The notes under the pieces: model-generated
Databases searched by the model: none
What the model was told of the DNA's origin: nothing
The model's input: the letters and a program-made list of their open reading frames with translations, nothing else
From: Thermodesulfobacteriota bacterium
GTDB taxonomy: Bacteria; Desulfobacterota; Desulfobacteria; Desulfobacterales; SURF-7
Length of the DNA: 64,000 nucleotides
Assembly: GCA_049320885.1 (NCBI GenBank)
Contig: JBMORA010000046.1
Location: 15,653 to 79,652 of the forward strand
Direction: 5' to 3'
Shown: positions 51,820-61,821 of the stretch, in pieces
How the letters are laid out: each line of letters starts with the position of its first letter
How positions within the stretch are numbered: the first letter of the stretch is position 1
Position numbers and translations under genes: made by a program

Positions 51820-53796
51820 ATGAACGGAATGGCACGCGACAACCGGTCCTATCGGGGCCTGCTGCAGTCCAATGACGGCTATATCTGCCGGGTGGTCGAT
51901 TTCGACGGGCAGAACATTTTTTTCGAAACCCGGTTCGGGCTCTCCCCGAACCTGATTTCCAGACTCCGGCAACAACCGGAACACGTTTTTTTCAGCGAGC
52001 GTTCCAGAATCGCCCGCCTGGGCGTCCAGATCACCTGCGATGCCCCGTCGGCGGATCAATTGGAGGGCGACACCCTGACCCTGACCCAGCAGGCCAGCGC
52101 CATGATCCCCGGCTACCCGGTCATCGACCAGCTGCGGGAATTTTTCACCGCCGGACTTCCGGTGGGACGCCTGGTCTTCTGCGATCCGGAAAGCCTGTTA
52201 ACCTCGGACGAGGTCCTGTCCGCCATCGAGCGGGCGGAATTAAAACTACCCGCTTCCACGGCGATTTCCAGCGACGGCAGTATTGTCATCGCTCCGCATA
52301 AGGTGATTTACGAATTGCGGGCAGGAATCGACCGGGGAACCTTTGGAAGAATCCTGCTTCGCGAGGACGGCCGGGAAATCCTGAACCGCTACCAGGTGCT
52401 AAAACCCGTGACCGCGGTCACGATCCCACCCAACGAAGGTGTGATCACCACCTGTTCCATGTATCTGAACGATCACTATGTGGTGCTGCAAAGCGGTTAC
52501 GCCCTGGGACGCAATCTGCCGGCGACGGTTCTGGATCCCATCAAAACCCGGGGCATCCGCATTTACCTTGAAATTGTCAACGGCAGCACTCATCCCATCG
52601 TCAACCCGTTGATATCCGCCAAAATATACGGTAAACCCAAAAACGCCAAGCGGGAGCGTCGCAAAAGCGCCGGCACCCTCGGCCAGCCCTATTCCTATCA
52701 GGCGTTGAAGGAGCTGGGGGAAAAGCTGCGACGCGATGACAATGCTTCCTGTCACTATGTTGAAAAACCCGTGGCCGTTCTGACAAAACCCGGGCAAAAA
52801 ATGTCCGCAGCGCGCATTTTTTCCAACGGACCGGAAAAGGCCTGCCCCCTGTCCAAGGCCGAATGCACCGCCGCCCGTCGCGATTTTTCTCCGAAAAGCC
52901 GTTGCAACCATATTTACGCCACATCGAAAATCGATATCCAGCCCCAAAAGAGGGCGACCCTGGTGTTCAAATATTTCCCCAACATCATGGAGCACCGGGA
53001 TATCATCAATCGGGCCTTCGAAGGCGCGGTGGGGGCCTTGTATTTTTTCGAACCTTCCTCCGAACACGGACCGTTTTTGTCCCAGCAGGACCACCACCGC
53101 CTGCAGGAATACCATGCGTTCGGCATCGACGTGTTCTGGGTCTGCGGCTTGAACCGGCGGCTGATGGTCCATACCATCCGGGACGGAAAAGGATATTTCG
53201 TCACGCCGGAACGGTTGGCGGATTTTCATAAATCCATGCTCTTCGCTTTCTACGGTTCCACTTCCGAGCTTTCCAGGGAGGGTGTTCGCAGGCTGGGCGC
53301 CCTGATGGACGCCCTGGTGGCTTTCTGGGGAAAACACATCGGCATTGTAACCGGCGGCGGCAGCGGCGTCATGGGGGAAGCCAATGCCCAGGCCCGGAAA
53401 CGCGGCATTCTTTCCGGGGCCAATTTTCTGGAGATTACCGATCAGCCCATGACCACGGATGTGGATTTCTGCCAGGTGTTTCAGGCCACCTGCCGCCACA
53501 GCCGCCAGAAATGGTTTGAAGTGGCCTCCTTTCCCATATTCAACATCGGCGGACTGGGTTCATTGGAGGAGTTGGGAATCACCCTGTGCAACATGAAGCT
53601 GTCCATTATGGAACGGGTTCCCATTGTGCTGTTCAACACCCATGGCGGCGATCCCTTCTGGAAGGGCGTCCATGACCAGATTCATACCATGGTTAAGGCC
53701 CAGCGGGCCCCGGCATGGATCCTGAACAACCTGATCATCACCGATGATCCGGGTGAAGTGATCGACGCTTACCGGGAACGGTTGCAGTTGTTTTAG
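51820..53796 (+). CDS. Large LOG/SLOG-family protein with long N-terminal region
   Basis: C-terminal FYGS, IVTGGGSGVM, RQKWF, GGLGSLEEL and PIVL motifs. Confidence 0.8.
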   Translation: MNGMARDNRSYRGLLQSNDGYICRVVDFDGQNIFFETRFGLSPNLISRLRQQPEHVFFSERSRIARLGVQITCDAPSADQLEGDTLTLTQQASAMIPGYPVIDQLREFFTAGLPVGRLVFCDPESLLTSDEVLSAIERAELKLPASTAISSDGSIVIAPHKVIYELRAGIDRGTFGRILLREDGREILNRYQVLKPVTAVTIPPNEGVITTCSMYLNDHYVVLQSGYALGRNLPATVLDPIKTRGIRIYLEIVNGSTHPIVNPLISAKIYGKPKNAKRERRKSAGTLGQPYSYQALKELGEKLRRDDNASCHYVEKPVAVLTKPGQKMSAARIFSNGPEKACPLSKAECTAARRDFSPKSRCNHIYATSKIDIQPQKRATLVFKYFPNIMEHRDIINRAFEGAVGALYFFEPSSEHGPFLSQQDHHRLQEYHAFGIDVFWVCGLNRRLMVHTIRDGKGYFVTPERLADFHKSMLFAFYGSTSELSREGVRRLGALMDALVAFWGKHIGIVTGGGSGVMGEANAQARKRGILSGANFLEITDQPMTTDVDFCQVFQATCRHSRQKWFEVASFPIFNIGGLGSLEELGITLCNMKLSIMERVPIVLFNTHGGDPFWKGVHDQIHTMVKAQRAPAWILNNLIITDDPGEVIDAYRERLQLF

Positions 53797-53834
53797 GCGG
53801 TATCGCGGGAATGACGGCAGTGCCTCCAGTCGTT

Positions 53835-54347
53835 CTACCGCTCCCCCTTTTTCCGCCAAAGCTCGGCCACCTTGCGCCGTTGTTCCGGAGTCAGCTGTTC
53901 ATGAATGGAGGCGATGGCGTCCACCATTCGGTCGGAAGAGGACTTGAACCGTTCCAGGCGTTCATCCCGGATGACTTCGAATCCCTGGCGGTTCATGTTT
54001 TCATCCTCGAAGGCCGTAATGAGCCGGTCCATCAGCATTTTGTATTCCTTGGTCACCTTCGCGCTCTCGCTGGCAAGATCATTCAGATGGGAATTGATCT
54101 TCGCGCGCTGTTCGTCGGTGGCCTCGATCTGCTGAAGGATATAATTGGTCTGACGTCCCATTTTCGGGCTCAGCGAGGAGGCGTTTGGATCAAAGCCTTT
54201 ATAATAATCCGGTTTTTCATACGTCCGACCACCGCAACCGCCTGCCAGCATCATCCAGATCGACAGCCAGATGATCGCCAGGGCGATGTTCAGACCATTT
54301 GTATGCCTTGCGCCGATTTCGGCGCTTTGTCGGCTCATCCGTTTCAT
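53835..54347 (-). CDS. Spy/CpxP-like periplasmic lipoprotein
   Basis: Lipobox-like LAGGC; ATDEQR and LTPEQR motifs. Confidence 0.75.
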   Translation of the reverse strand: MKRMSRQSAEIGARHTNGLNIALAIIWLSIWMMLAGGCGGRTYEKPDYYKGFDPNASSLSPKMGRQTNYILQQIEATDEQRAKINSHLNDLASESAKVTKEYKMLMDRLITAFEDENMNRQGFEVIRDERLERFKSSSDRMVDAIASIHEQLTPEQRRKVAELWRKKGER

Positions 54348-54544
54348 ATCCCTGTTCCTTATGAAAAAAAACCCCGGGTAGCGCGCCCCGCATTGCCGTA
54401 ATGTCAATCGAGGCGGTTTTCGGGCATCCGCATGAAGACAGCAGGCGAAAAAAGCCAACCCTGTACGTTTTCCGTTCCGATGCAGTATCAAGAGAACAAC
54501 AGCTGCAACGTGGACGCGGTCCCGGGATCATCCAATATGTTCGG

Positions 54545-54832
54545 TCAAATATCCTTGGGTTTCACCTTTTCCCTGAGCAGATGAAACAATTTCAAGTCCT
54601 GGTGATTCACTGTTCTTGGTTTGACACTATGCCGCAGATAATCGATCAACCCGAGCAGTTTGCTCTGGTATTCCATGCTCCGGATGGCGGTCCCGTCCTG
54701 GGCTGCCTCGCGACGATAGGTCCGGCCCCAGGCGATGGTCGCTTCCTGTTCCGCAAGGGATATGATTTCGAACAATTCCTTATTTTCCACTTCTTTGGCA
54801 AAACATTCAAAATCATACGTCGGCGATATCAT
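54545..54832 (-). CDS. Small hypothetical protein
   Basis: AAGGAGG RBS; about 95 aa, helical. Confidence 0.65.
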   Translation of the reverse strand: MISPTYDFECFAKEVENKELFEIISLAEQEATIAWGRTYRREAAQDGTAIRSMEYQSKLLGLIDYLRHSVKPRTVNHQDLKLFHLLREKVKPKDI

Positions 54833-55120
54833 GCACCCTCCTTGTTTCCTGACACCCCTCGGTCTTCCGCCGAATCCGGTGTCCCTGCCGCTCATGACGT
54901 GAAAGGCCTGTAAACAGTTTCGCAGAGCATGTAAACCATCGGCAATCTCCGGGTCAAACCGGATTTTCAAGTGATGCCCATCCATTCCCGGCAAGGTTTT
55001 CAACAACCGGTATCCGGTTTTAATCAATGGAAAATTTTGGAATATCCTGCAAGTTACCGTTGCCCCTGGATATCTCCATTGCGCCTGTATTCATTTTCAT
55101 TTCATTTCGTTATCGAGTTA

Positions 55121-55254
55121 TTAACAGGTTTTTAACAAGTTCTTGACAAACGCGGATGCTCCGATAAACGGCAAAATACTCCGTTTATCGTTTATTTCCG
55201 TTGTTTCAACTACGGATAACCCTTTTCTAACGGTTCGCTAACACATTCCTAACA
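55121..55254 (+). promoter_or_regulatory. Two Pho-box-like arrays of 11-bp-periodic direct repeats
   Basis: TTAACA, TTAACA, TTGACA at 55121, 55132 and 55143; (A/C)TAAC at 55216, 55227, 55238 and 55249. Confidence 0.7.
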
Positions 55255-55375
55255 CTCTCGTTTTATATTTCCTTGCAAAATGATTCCGATGGTTTTCGAT
55301 TCATTACCGATAAAAAGGTTGATGTTACCGATGCAATGCTTTCCCAAGACAACCATGCAATTCAAGGAGGCAACA

Positions 55376-56191
55376 ATGAAACTGTTCCGCACCGCAATCG
55401 TTTTGACGACAACCCTGCTGATGGCCGCCGGACAGGCCCTTGCCGGCAACGTCGTCATCAAAGGCTCCACGACGGTACTGCCCATCGCCCAGAAAGTCGC
55501 CGAGGCGTTCATGAAAGACAATCCCGATATCAAGGTATCCATTTCCGGGGGCGGCTCCGGAGAAGGCATCAAAGCCATCATCGACAACACCACCGATATC
55601 GCCGACAGCTCGCGCTTCATCGCTCAAAAGGAAGTGGAACTGGCCGTGGAAAAAGGCATTTATCCGGTGCCTTTCGGCATCGCCTATGACTGCATCGTGC
55701 CGGTGGTGCATCCCGATAATACCGTCAAAAACCTGACCCTGGACCAATTGAAGGCGATCTACAAAGGGGAAGTGAAAAACTGGAAGGAAGTCGGCGGACC
55801 GGACCGGAAAATCGCCATCATCTCCCGGGACACCTCCTCCGGAACCTATGAGGTCTGGGAAGAAAAAGTCATGAAAAAGGAACGGATCCATCCGGGCGCC
55901 CTGTTGCAGGCCTCCAGCGGCGCCATCGTCCAGGCCATATCCAACAACAAGAACGCCATCGGCTACATTGGAATCGGCTACCTGGATGCCAGCGTAAAGG
56001 GGCTGACCGTCCATGGAATCCAGGGAACCGAGGCCACCACCCTGAACGGCACCTATCCCATCAGCCGGCCCCTGTTCATGTTCACCAAGGGCTGGCCCAC
56101 GGGCGATGTCGCCAAGTTCATCAATTATGTCATGAATCCCGTTACCGGCCAGAAACTGGTCAAGGAAGCCGGCTTCGTTCCCCTGTTCTAG
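55376..56191 (+). CDS. pstS: Phosphate ABC transporter substrate-binding protein
   Basis: KGSTTV, GGGSGEG, SSR, RDTSSGT and YPISRPLF motifs. Confidence 0.93.
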   Translation: MKLFRTAIVLTTTLLMAAGQALAGNVVIKGSTTVLPIAQKVAEAFMKDNPDIKVSISGGGSGEGIKAIIDNTTDIADSSRFIAQKEVELAVEKGIYPVPFGIAYDCIVPVVHPDNTVKNLTLDQLKAIYKGEVKNWKEVGGPDRKIAIISRDTSSGTYEVWEEKVMKKERIHPGALLQASSGAIVQAISNNKNAIGYIGIGYLDASVKGLTVHGIQGTEATTLNGTYPISRPLFMFTKGWPTGDVAKFINYVMNPVTGQKLVKEAGFVPLF

Positions 56192-56252
56192 CCCGCGCGC
56201 CTGAACGGCAAAAACTTCCTGTACTACTGATTTTCCCCTGCCGGATACCCAA

Positions 56253-56292
56253 AAGAGGCGGAACCGAAGAAGATTTCCGGTTGCCGCCTCTT
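56253..56292 (+). terminator. Hairpin after pstS
   Basis: AAGAGGCGG..AACCG pairs with CGGTT..CCGCCTCTT, followed by a pyrimidine-rich run. Confidence 0.55.
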
Positions 56293-56303
56293 CCTCTTAT
56301 TCC

Positions 56304-56332
56304 TTGACAGTCTTTTCGCCGATCACTACACT
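56304..56332 (+). promoter_or_regulatory. Sigma70 promoter of the hut operon
   Basis: TTGACA-N17-TACACT. Confidence 0.7.
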
Positions 56333-56368
56333 GGCTTCATTCCTATTACTTTCCATGGACAACAGGCG

Positions 56369-58435
56369 ATGCAAAACAATACCCGCATTCAAGAAGCCAT
56401 GTCCGTCCGCCTGGACGACATCCTGCCGTCTCCGCCCCCCATGCCGGATTTCATGCCCGGAATCCGAAGGGCCCCCAGACGCCCGGTGGAATTGAGCATG
56501 ACGGATTCCTGCCTGGCGGTGCGCAATGCACTGCGGTATGTGCCGGAAAAATGGCATGCCCTGCTGGCCCCTGAATTCGCGCGGGAACTGCTTGCCACCG
56601 GCCGGATTTACGGCTACCGCTTCCGTCCCCGGGGTCGGATCTCCGCCAAACCGGTCGCCGAGTACAAGGGCAGGTGCCTGGAGGGCAAGGCTTTCCAGTT
56701 GATGATCGACAACAATCTCGATGCGGACGTGGCCCTGTATCCGTATGAACTGGTCACCTACGGCGAAACCGGCCAGGTCTGCCAGAACTGGATGCAATAC
56801 CGCTTGATCCAACGATACCTGGAGCTGCTCACCCGGAAACAGACCCTGGTGGTGGCTTCGGGTCATCCCCTGGGCCTGTTCCGGTCTTCCCCCCTGTCCC
56901 CCCGGGTGATCATCACCAACGCCTTGATGGTGGGCGCCTTTGACACCCACGACGACTGGCAGCGGGCCGCCGCCATCGGAGTGGCCAATTACGGGCAGAT
57001 GACGGCGGGAGGCTGGATGTACATCGGCCCCCAGGGAATCGTCCATGGCACCTACAGCACCCTGCTCAATGCCGGCAGAACCAGACTGGGTATCCCGGCC
57101 CATCGCGACCTGTCCGGCGTCCTGTTTGTCAGCTCCGGCCTGGGAGGAATGAGCGGGGCCCAGGGCAAAGCCACGGTCATCGCCGGAGGCGTGGGCCTGA
57201 TCGCCGAGGTGGATGCCTCCCGAATTCAGACCCGGAAAGACCAGGGCTGGATTCAGGTGGTGGCCGAAACGCCCGCAACCGCCTTTGCCCTGGCCAGAAG
57301 CCACCAGAGGGCCGGGCAAGCCGCGGCCATCGCTTTTCACGGCAATGTGGTGGACCTGCTGGAATGGGCGGTCCGGAAAAAGGAACCCATCGACCTCTTG
57401 TCCGATCAGACTTCCTGTCATGCGGCCTATGACGGCGGGTATTGTCCCCAGGGAATGAGTTTCGCGGAACGCACCCGCATGCTGCGGGAAGATCCGCTCG
57501 GGTTCAGGGAAAAGGTGGATGTCTCCCTGCGACATCATCTTGAGCTGATCCGACGCCTGGTAAACCGGGGCGCATATTTTTTCGATTACGGCAACAGCTT
57601 TCTCAAGGCGGCCATGGATGCCGGGGCGTTAGACGTCTGCCGCAACGGCCGGGACGCTTCCGACGGATTCGTGTTGCCCTCCTACGTAGAGGACATCATG
57701 GGTCCTCTCCTGTTCGACTACGGCTACGGCCCCTTCCGTTGGGTCTGTCTCAGCGGCAGGGTAGCCGATCTGCGAAAAACCGACCGGGCGGCCATGAGCT
57801 GCATCGACCCCCGCCGCCGGTTTCAGGACCGGGACAACCACGAGTGGATCCGGAGGGCCCATCAAAACCGGCTGGTGGTGGGAACCCAGGCCCGCATTCT
57901 CTACCAGGATGCGGAAGGCAGGACGAAAATCGCCCTGGAATTCAACCGCATGGTCCGGGATAAGGAAATCGGCCCCGTCATGCTGGGACGGGATCATCAC
58001 GACACCGGCGGCACCGACTCCCCCTTCCGGGAAACCGCCGATATCCGGGACGGCAGCAACATCATGGCGGATATGGCGGTGCATTGTTTCGCCGGCAACG
58101 CGGCCCGGGGCATGAGCCTGGTGGCCCTGCACAACGGGGGCGGCGTCGGCATCGGCAAGGCCGTCAACGGCGGTTTCGGCCTGGTCCTGGACGGCAGCCG
58201 GCGCGTGGACGAAATCATCCGCAACGCGATTTCCTGGGATGTGATGGGCGGAGTGGCGAGACGCAGCTGGGCCCGGAATGCGAACGCCCTTGAGACCGCC
58301 ATCCGGTTCAATCAGCAGTCGCAGGGCCGGGAGCATATCACCCTGCCCTATCTTGCCGATGAAACCCTGGTGAAGGACAGCCTGGCGGCGGCCCTTGACG
58401 GCCGGAACCCGAAGCGGAAAACGAAAAAAAAGTAA
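56369..58435 (+). CDS. hutU: Urocanate hydratase (long type)
   Basis: YGQMTAG, IGPQGIVHGT, GLGGMSGAQ, DQTSCH and GRDHHD motifs. Confidence 0.96.
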   Translation: MQNNTRIQEAMSVRLDDILPSPPPMPDFMPGIRRAPRRPVELSMTDSCLAVRNALRYVPEKWHALLAPEFARELLATGRIYGYRFRPRGRISAKPVAEYKGRCLEGKAFQLMIDNNLDADVALYPYELVTYGETGQVCQNWMQYRLIQRYLELLTRKQTLVVASGHPLGLFRSSPLSPRVIITNALMVGAFDTHDDWQRAAAIGVANYGQMTAGGWMYIGPQGIVHGTYSTLLNAGRTRLGIPAHRDLSGVLFVSSGLGGMSGAQGKATVIAGGVGLIAEVDASRIQTRKDQGWIQVVAETPATAFALARSHQRAGQAAAIAFHGNVVDLLEWAVRKKEPIDLLSDQTSCHAAYDGGYCPQGMSFAERTRMLREDPLGFREKVDVSLRHHLELIRRLVNRGAYFFDYGNSFLKAAMDAGALDVCRNGRDASDGFVLPSYVEDIMGPLLFDYGYGPFRWVCLSGRVADLRKTDRAAMSCIDPRRRFQDRDNHEWIRRAHQNRLVVGTQARILYQDAEGRTKIALEFNRMVRDKEIGPVMLGRDHHDTGGTDSPFRETADIRDGSNIMADMAVHCFAGNAARGMSLVALHNGGGVGIGKAVNGGFGLVLDGSRRVDEIIRNAISWDVMGGVARRSWARNANALETAIRFNQQSQGREHITLPYLADETLVKDSLAAALDGRNPKRKTKKK

Positions 58436-58454
58436 ATCCAACAAGAGGAGGACC

Positions 58455-59366
58455 ATGGCGTCTATCAACGGCAATCCCATTGTGGAATGCGTGCCCAATT
58501 TCAGCGAGGGACGCGATTCCGCCGTGATGGAAAAGATCGTCGAGCCGTTCCGTCGCACCCGGACCGTGCGGCTTCTGGATTACCAAAAGGATGAGGACCA
58601 CAACCGCATGGTGGTCACGGCCATCGGTGAACCGCGCTTCCTGAAGTCGGCCGTGCTGGACGCCATGGAACAGGCCGTGGCCCTCATCGATATGAACCTT
58701 CACCGAGGGCAGCACCCGCGCATGGGGGCAATGGATGTTGCGCCCCTTGTTCCCGTGGCCCGGGTGACCATGGAGGAAGTCGTGACGCTTTCGGAAGAGC
58801 TGGCGGAGGAAATCGCCGCCCGGTTTCAGGTGCCGGTTTTCCTGTACGAACGCTCCGCCAGACGGCCGGAGCGAAAAGACCTGGCAGCCATCCGCAAAGG
58901 GGAGTTCGAAGGGCTGGGGCAGAAGCTGAAACAACCCGACTGGCAACCGGACTACGGCCCGTCCCGACCCCATCCCACCGCCGGAGCCGTCGCCGTGGGC
59001 GCCCGCTCGCCGCTCATTGCCTTTAACGTGAATTTGCATACGAACGATCTCGACATCGCCCGCCGGATCGCCGCCAGGGTGCGCCATTCCGGCGGCGGCC
59101 TGCGGTACTGCAAGGCCATGGGAGTGGAATTGAAACAACGCGGAATGGTGCAGGTGTCCATGAACCTCACCGACTTCACCCAAACAGCCATATACCGCGC
59201 CCTGGAATTGGTCCGGGTGGAGGCCGGCCGATACGGCGTTCCCGTTGCCGGCAGTGAAATCGTGGGCCTCGTGCCCATGGCCGCCCTGGTGGATTGCGCC
59301 ATGTATTATCTCGGCATCGAGGGGTTTCCCATGGACCGCATCCTCGAAACCCATTTGATGAACTGA
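58455..59366 (+). CDS. ftcD: Glutamate formimidoyltransferase
   Basis: ECVPNFSEGR, DHNR, HPRMGA and QVSMNL motifs. Confidence 0.95.
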   Translation: MASINGNPIVECVPNFSEGRDSAVMEKIVEPFRRTRTVRLLDYQKDEDHNRMVVTAIGEPRFLKSAVLDAMEQAVALIDMNLHRGQHPRMGAMDVAPLVPVARVTMEEVVTLSEELAEEIAARFQVPVFLYERSARRPERKDLAAIRKGEFEGLGQKLKQPDWQPDYGPSRPHPTAGAVAVGARSPLIAFNVNLHTNDLDIARRIAARVRHSGGGLRYCKAMGVELKQRGMVQVSMNLTDFTQTAIYRALELVRVEAGRYGVPVAGSEIVGLVPMAALVDCAMYYLGIEGFPMDRILETHLMN

Positions 59367-59380
59367 CGGGAAAAAGAACC

Positions 59381-60670
59381 GTGAACGGCAGCATCCTGAT
59401 CACAAACGCCGCGGAACTGGTGACCTGCAGCGGCTTTTCCGCCAAATGCGGGCCGGCCATGTCCGATCTCGGAATCATTTCCAACGGCGCCGTGGAGATC
59501 CGGGACGGCGTCATTACCGCCGTGGGACCGGCGGAACTCATCGCGGCCGGTCACGGCCGTCCGGACCGGAAAGTCATCGATGCCGCCGGCAAGGCGGTGC
59601 TGCCGGGTTTCGTGGACCCGCACAGCCACTTTCTTTTCGCCGGTTACCGGGCCGATGAATTCTGCCTGCGCCTGCAAGGGGCCGGCTACATGGAAATCAT
59701 GCGACAGGGCGGCGGAATCCGTCACACCGTGGCCGCCACCCGCCGCGCCTCCAGGGATTCGCTCATCAAGACCGGTCTCCTGCGCCTGGACCGCATGCTG
59801 GCCTCGGGGGTCACCACCGTGGAAGGCAAAAGCGGCTACGGTCTCGATCGCGACACCGAGATCAAGCAACTGGAAGTGATGGCCGAGCTGGATACTATGC
59901 ACCCCGTGGATGTCGTCCGGACCTTTCTGGGGGCCCACGCCCTGCCGGACGAATACAGCAACCGGAGCGACGCCTACATCGATTTCCTCTGCGAAGAACT
60001 GCTGCCGCAAGTCGCGGATCAACAACTGGCCGGCTTCTGTGATGTTTTCTGCGAAAAAAACGTTTTTTCCGTTTCCCAGTCCCGCAGACTCCTGCGCAGG
60101 GCCCAGTCCCTCGGCCTGGCAGCCAAGCTGCACGCCGATGAGCTCGAACCCATGGGAGGAGCGGAACTGGCCGCCGACCTGGGAGCCGTATCGGCGGACC
60201 ATCTGCTGCGGTCCTCCCCGGAAGGAATCCGAAAAATGGCCCGGGCCGGCGTGGTGGCCGTACTGCTGCCGGCCACGGCTTTCTGTCTCAGGGAACCCTA
60301 TGCCCGGGCACGCTTCATGATCGATGAGGGCTGCGCCGTGGCCCTGGCCACGGATCTGAATCCGGGCAGCTGTTTTTCCGGCTCCATCCCCCTGCTCTTC
60401 GCCCTGGCCACGCTGTACATGAACATGAGCCCCGAGGAGGCGGTCACGGCCCTGACCATCAACGCCGCGGCGGCAATTTCCCGGGAAACATCCGTCGGCA
60501 GCCTGGATGTGGGGAAACAGGGCGATCTGGTCATCCTGGAATTTCCCTCCTACCGGTATCTGCCCTATCACACGGGGGTGGATATCGTGGAAACCGTGGT
60601 CAAGGCCGGCAACATCGTCCATCAAAAACCAGGAGGAAAACATGCAACTGATCCAGCTCACCCTGCGTGA
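59381..60670 (+). CDS. hutI: Imidazolonepropionase
   Basis: DPHSH, EGKSGYGL, LGAH, DVFCE, KLHADE, SADHL and ATDLNPG motifs. Confidence 0.95.
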   Translation: MNGSILITNAAELVTCSGFSAKCGPAMSDLGIISNGAVEIRDGVITAVGPAELIAAGHGRPDRKVIDAAGKAVLPGFVDPHSHFLFAGYRADEFCLRLQGAGYMEIMRQGGGIRHTVAATRRASRDSLIKTGLLRLDRMLASGVTTVEGKSGYGLDRDTEIKQLEVMAELDTMHPVDVVRTFLGAHALPDEYSNRSDAYIDFLCEELLPQVADQQLAGFCDVFCEKNVFSVSQSRRLLRRAQSLGLAAKLHADELEPMGGAELAADLGAVSADHLLRSSPEGIRKMARAGVVAVLLPATAFCLREPYARARFMIDEGCAVALATDLNPGSCFSGSIPLLFALATLYMNMSPEEAVTALTINAAAAISRETSVGSLDVGKQGDLVILEFPSYRYLPYHTGVDIVETVVKAGNIVHQKPGGKHATDPAHPA

Positions 60671-61277
60671 ATTTCTGGATAACACCGCTGAAGGAACGCC
60701 GGTCCCGGGCGGGGGCAGCATCGCCGCTTTGTGCGGCGCCATGGCCGCGGCCCTGGCCGCCATGGTGGCCCGCCTGACCCTGAACAAAAAAGGCTATGAA
60801 GAACATGGCCCGGCAATGCGGGAACTGGCTCGGGAGGCCATCCAGCTCCGGGATCGGCTGGCGGATTACATGGATCGGGACGCCGCCGCCTATCAGGAAG
60901 TGATCAGCGCCCTGAAGCTGCCCCGGCAGACCCCGGCCGAACAGGAAGTCCGACGACAGACCCTCCAGCGAGCCCTGGAAAAAGCGGCCGACGTTCCCTT
61001 GCAGGTGGCTCGAAGCGGCGTCACCCTGCTGGGTCTCTTCGAAAGCGTCATCCGCCACGGCAACCGCAACGCGGTCAGCGATGCCGCCGCCGGGGTCCTG
61101 GCGGCCCGCGCCGGGATACTGGCCGCGCTTTACAACGTCCGGATCAATCTCAACTCCCTGCCGGATTCCCCCGCCGCAAGCGATATCCGCCGGGAAATCC
61201 GCCAACTGGAACAAACCGCCGCAACGGAAACGGGCCGCCTGCTGACCCTGGCCGAAACCGTCATGGAGCAGCCATGA
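60642..61277 (+). CDS. Formimidoyl-THF cyclodeaminase/cyclohydrolase family protein
   Basis: PVPGGGSIAA, NAVSD and YNVRINL; AGGAGG RBS. Confidence 0.92.
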   Translation: MQLIQLTLREFLDNTAEGTPVPGGGSIAALCGAMAAALAAMVARLTLNKKGYEEHGPAMRELAREAIQLRDRLADYMDRDAAAYQEVISALKLPRQTPAEQEVRRQTLQRALEKAADVPLQVARSGVTLLGLFESVIRHGNRNAVSDAAAGVLAARAGILAALYNVRINLNSLPDSPAASDIRREIRQLEQTAATETGRLLTLAETVMEQP

Positions 61278-61663
61278 GTCATCCGAACCCGCTTACCATA
61301 TTGCTGGTGGACGATGAAGAAATCGTCCGGAGCACGCTGAAAAAAGTCATCGAACGCCTGGGAAACCATGCGGAAGAATTTCAGGACGGGCTTGCGGGAC
61401 TGGAGGCGCTCGGCAGGCAGGCATATGACGCGGCCTTCGTGGATCTGCGCATGCCCGGGATCGACGGGATCGGTTTTCTGCACCGCGCCGGATCCATCCG
61501 GCCGCAAACCCCGATCATCATCATCAGCGGCCACGGTTCCGATGAAACCCGCGAGGAAGCGCTCCGGGCCGGCGCCTTCGCCTTCCTGACCAAACCCTTC
61601 CGCTTCGACGACATCCGCCGCCTCCTGGAGCGCGTCCGCAATCCGCAAAACGGCCAACCCTAA
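61274..61663 (+). CDS. Single-domain response regulator
   Basis: LVDDE, DLRMPG, SGHG and KPF; ATGA overlap with the previous gene. Confidence 0.9.
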   Translation: MSHPNPLTILLVDDEEIVRSTLKKVIERLGNHAEEFQDGLAGLEALGRQAYDAAFVDLRMPGIDGIGFLHRAGSIRPQTPIIIISGHGSDETREEALRAGAFAFLTKPFRFDDIRRLLERVRNPQNGQP

Positions 61664-61821
61664 GGTGCTTCGGATCCGGAGCGGACGATCATGAATACAA
61701 TAACATTTTGACGCCCCAGTATTCTGTTGAATAATCCGCCACGAGATATTATAACGCGATGAAAAGCCCCCCTTTTGAACCGACAACGCCATTTGACCTT
61801 GAAAGCTGCAGGGTGAACCAT

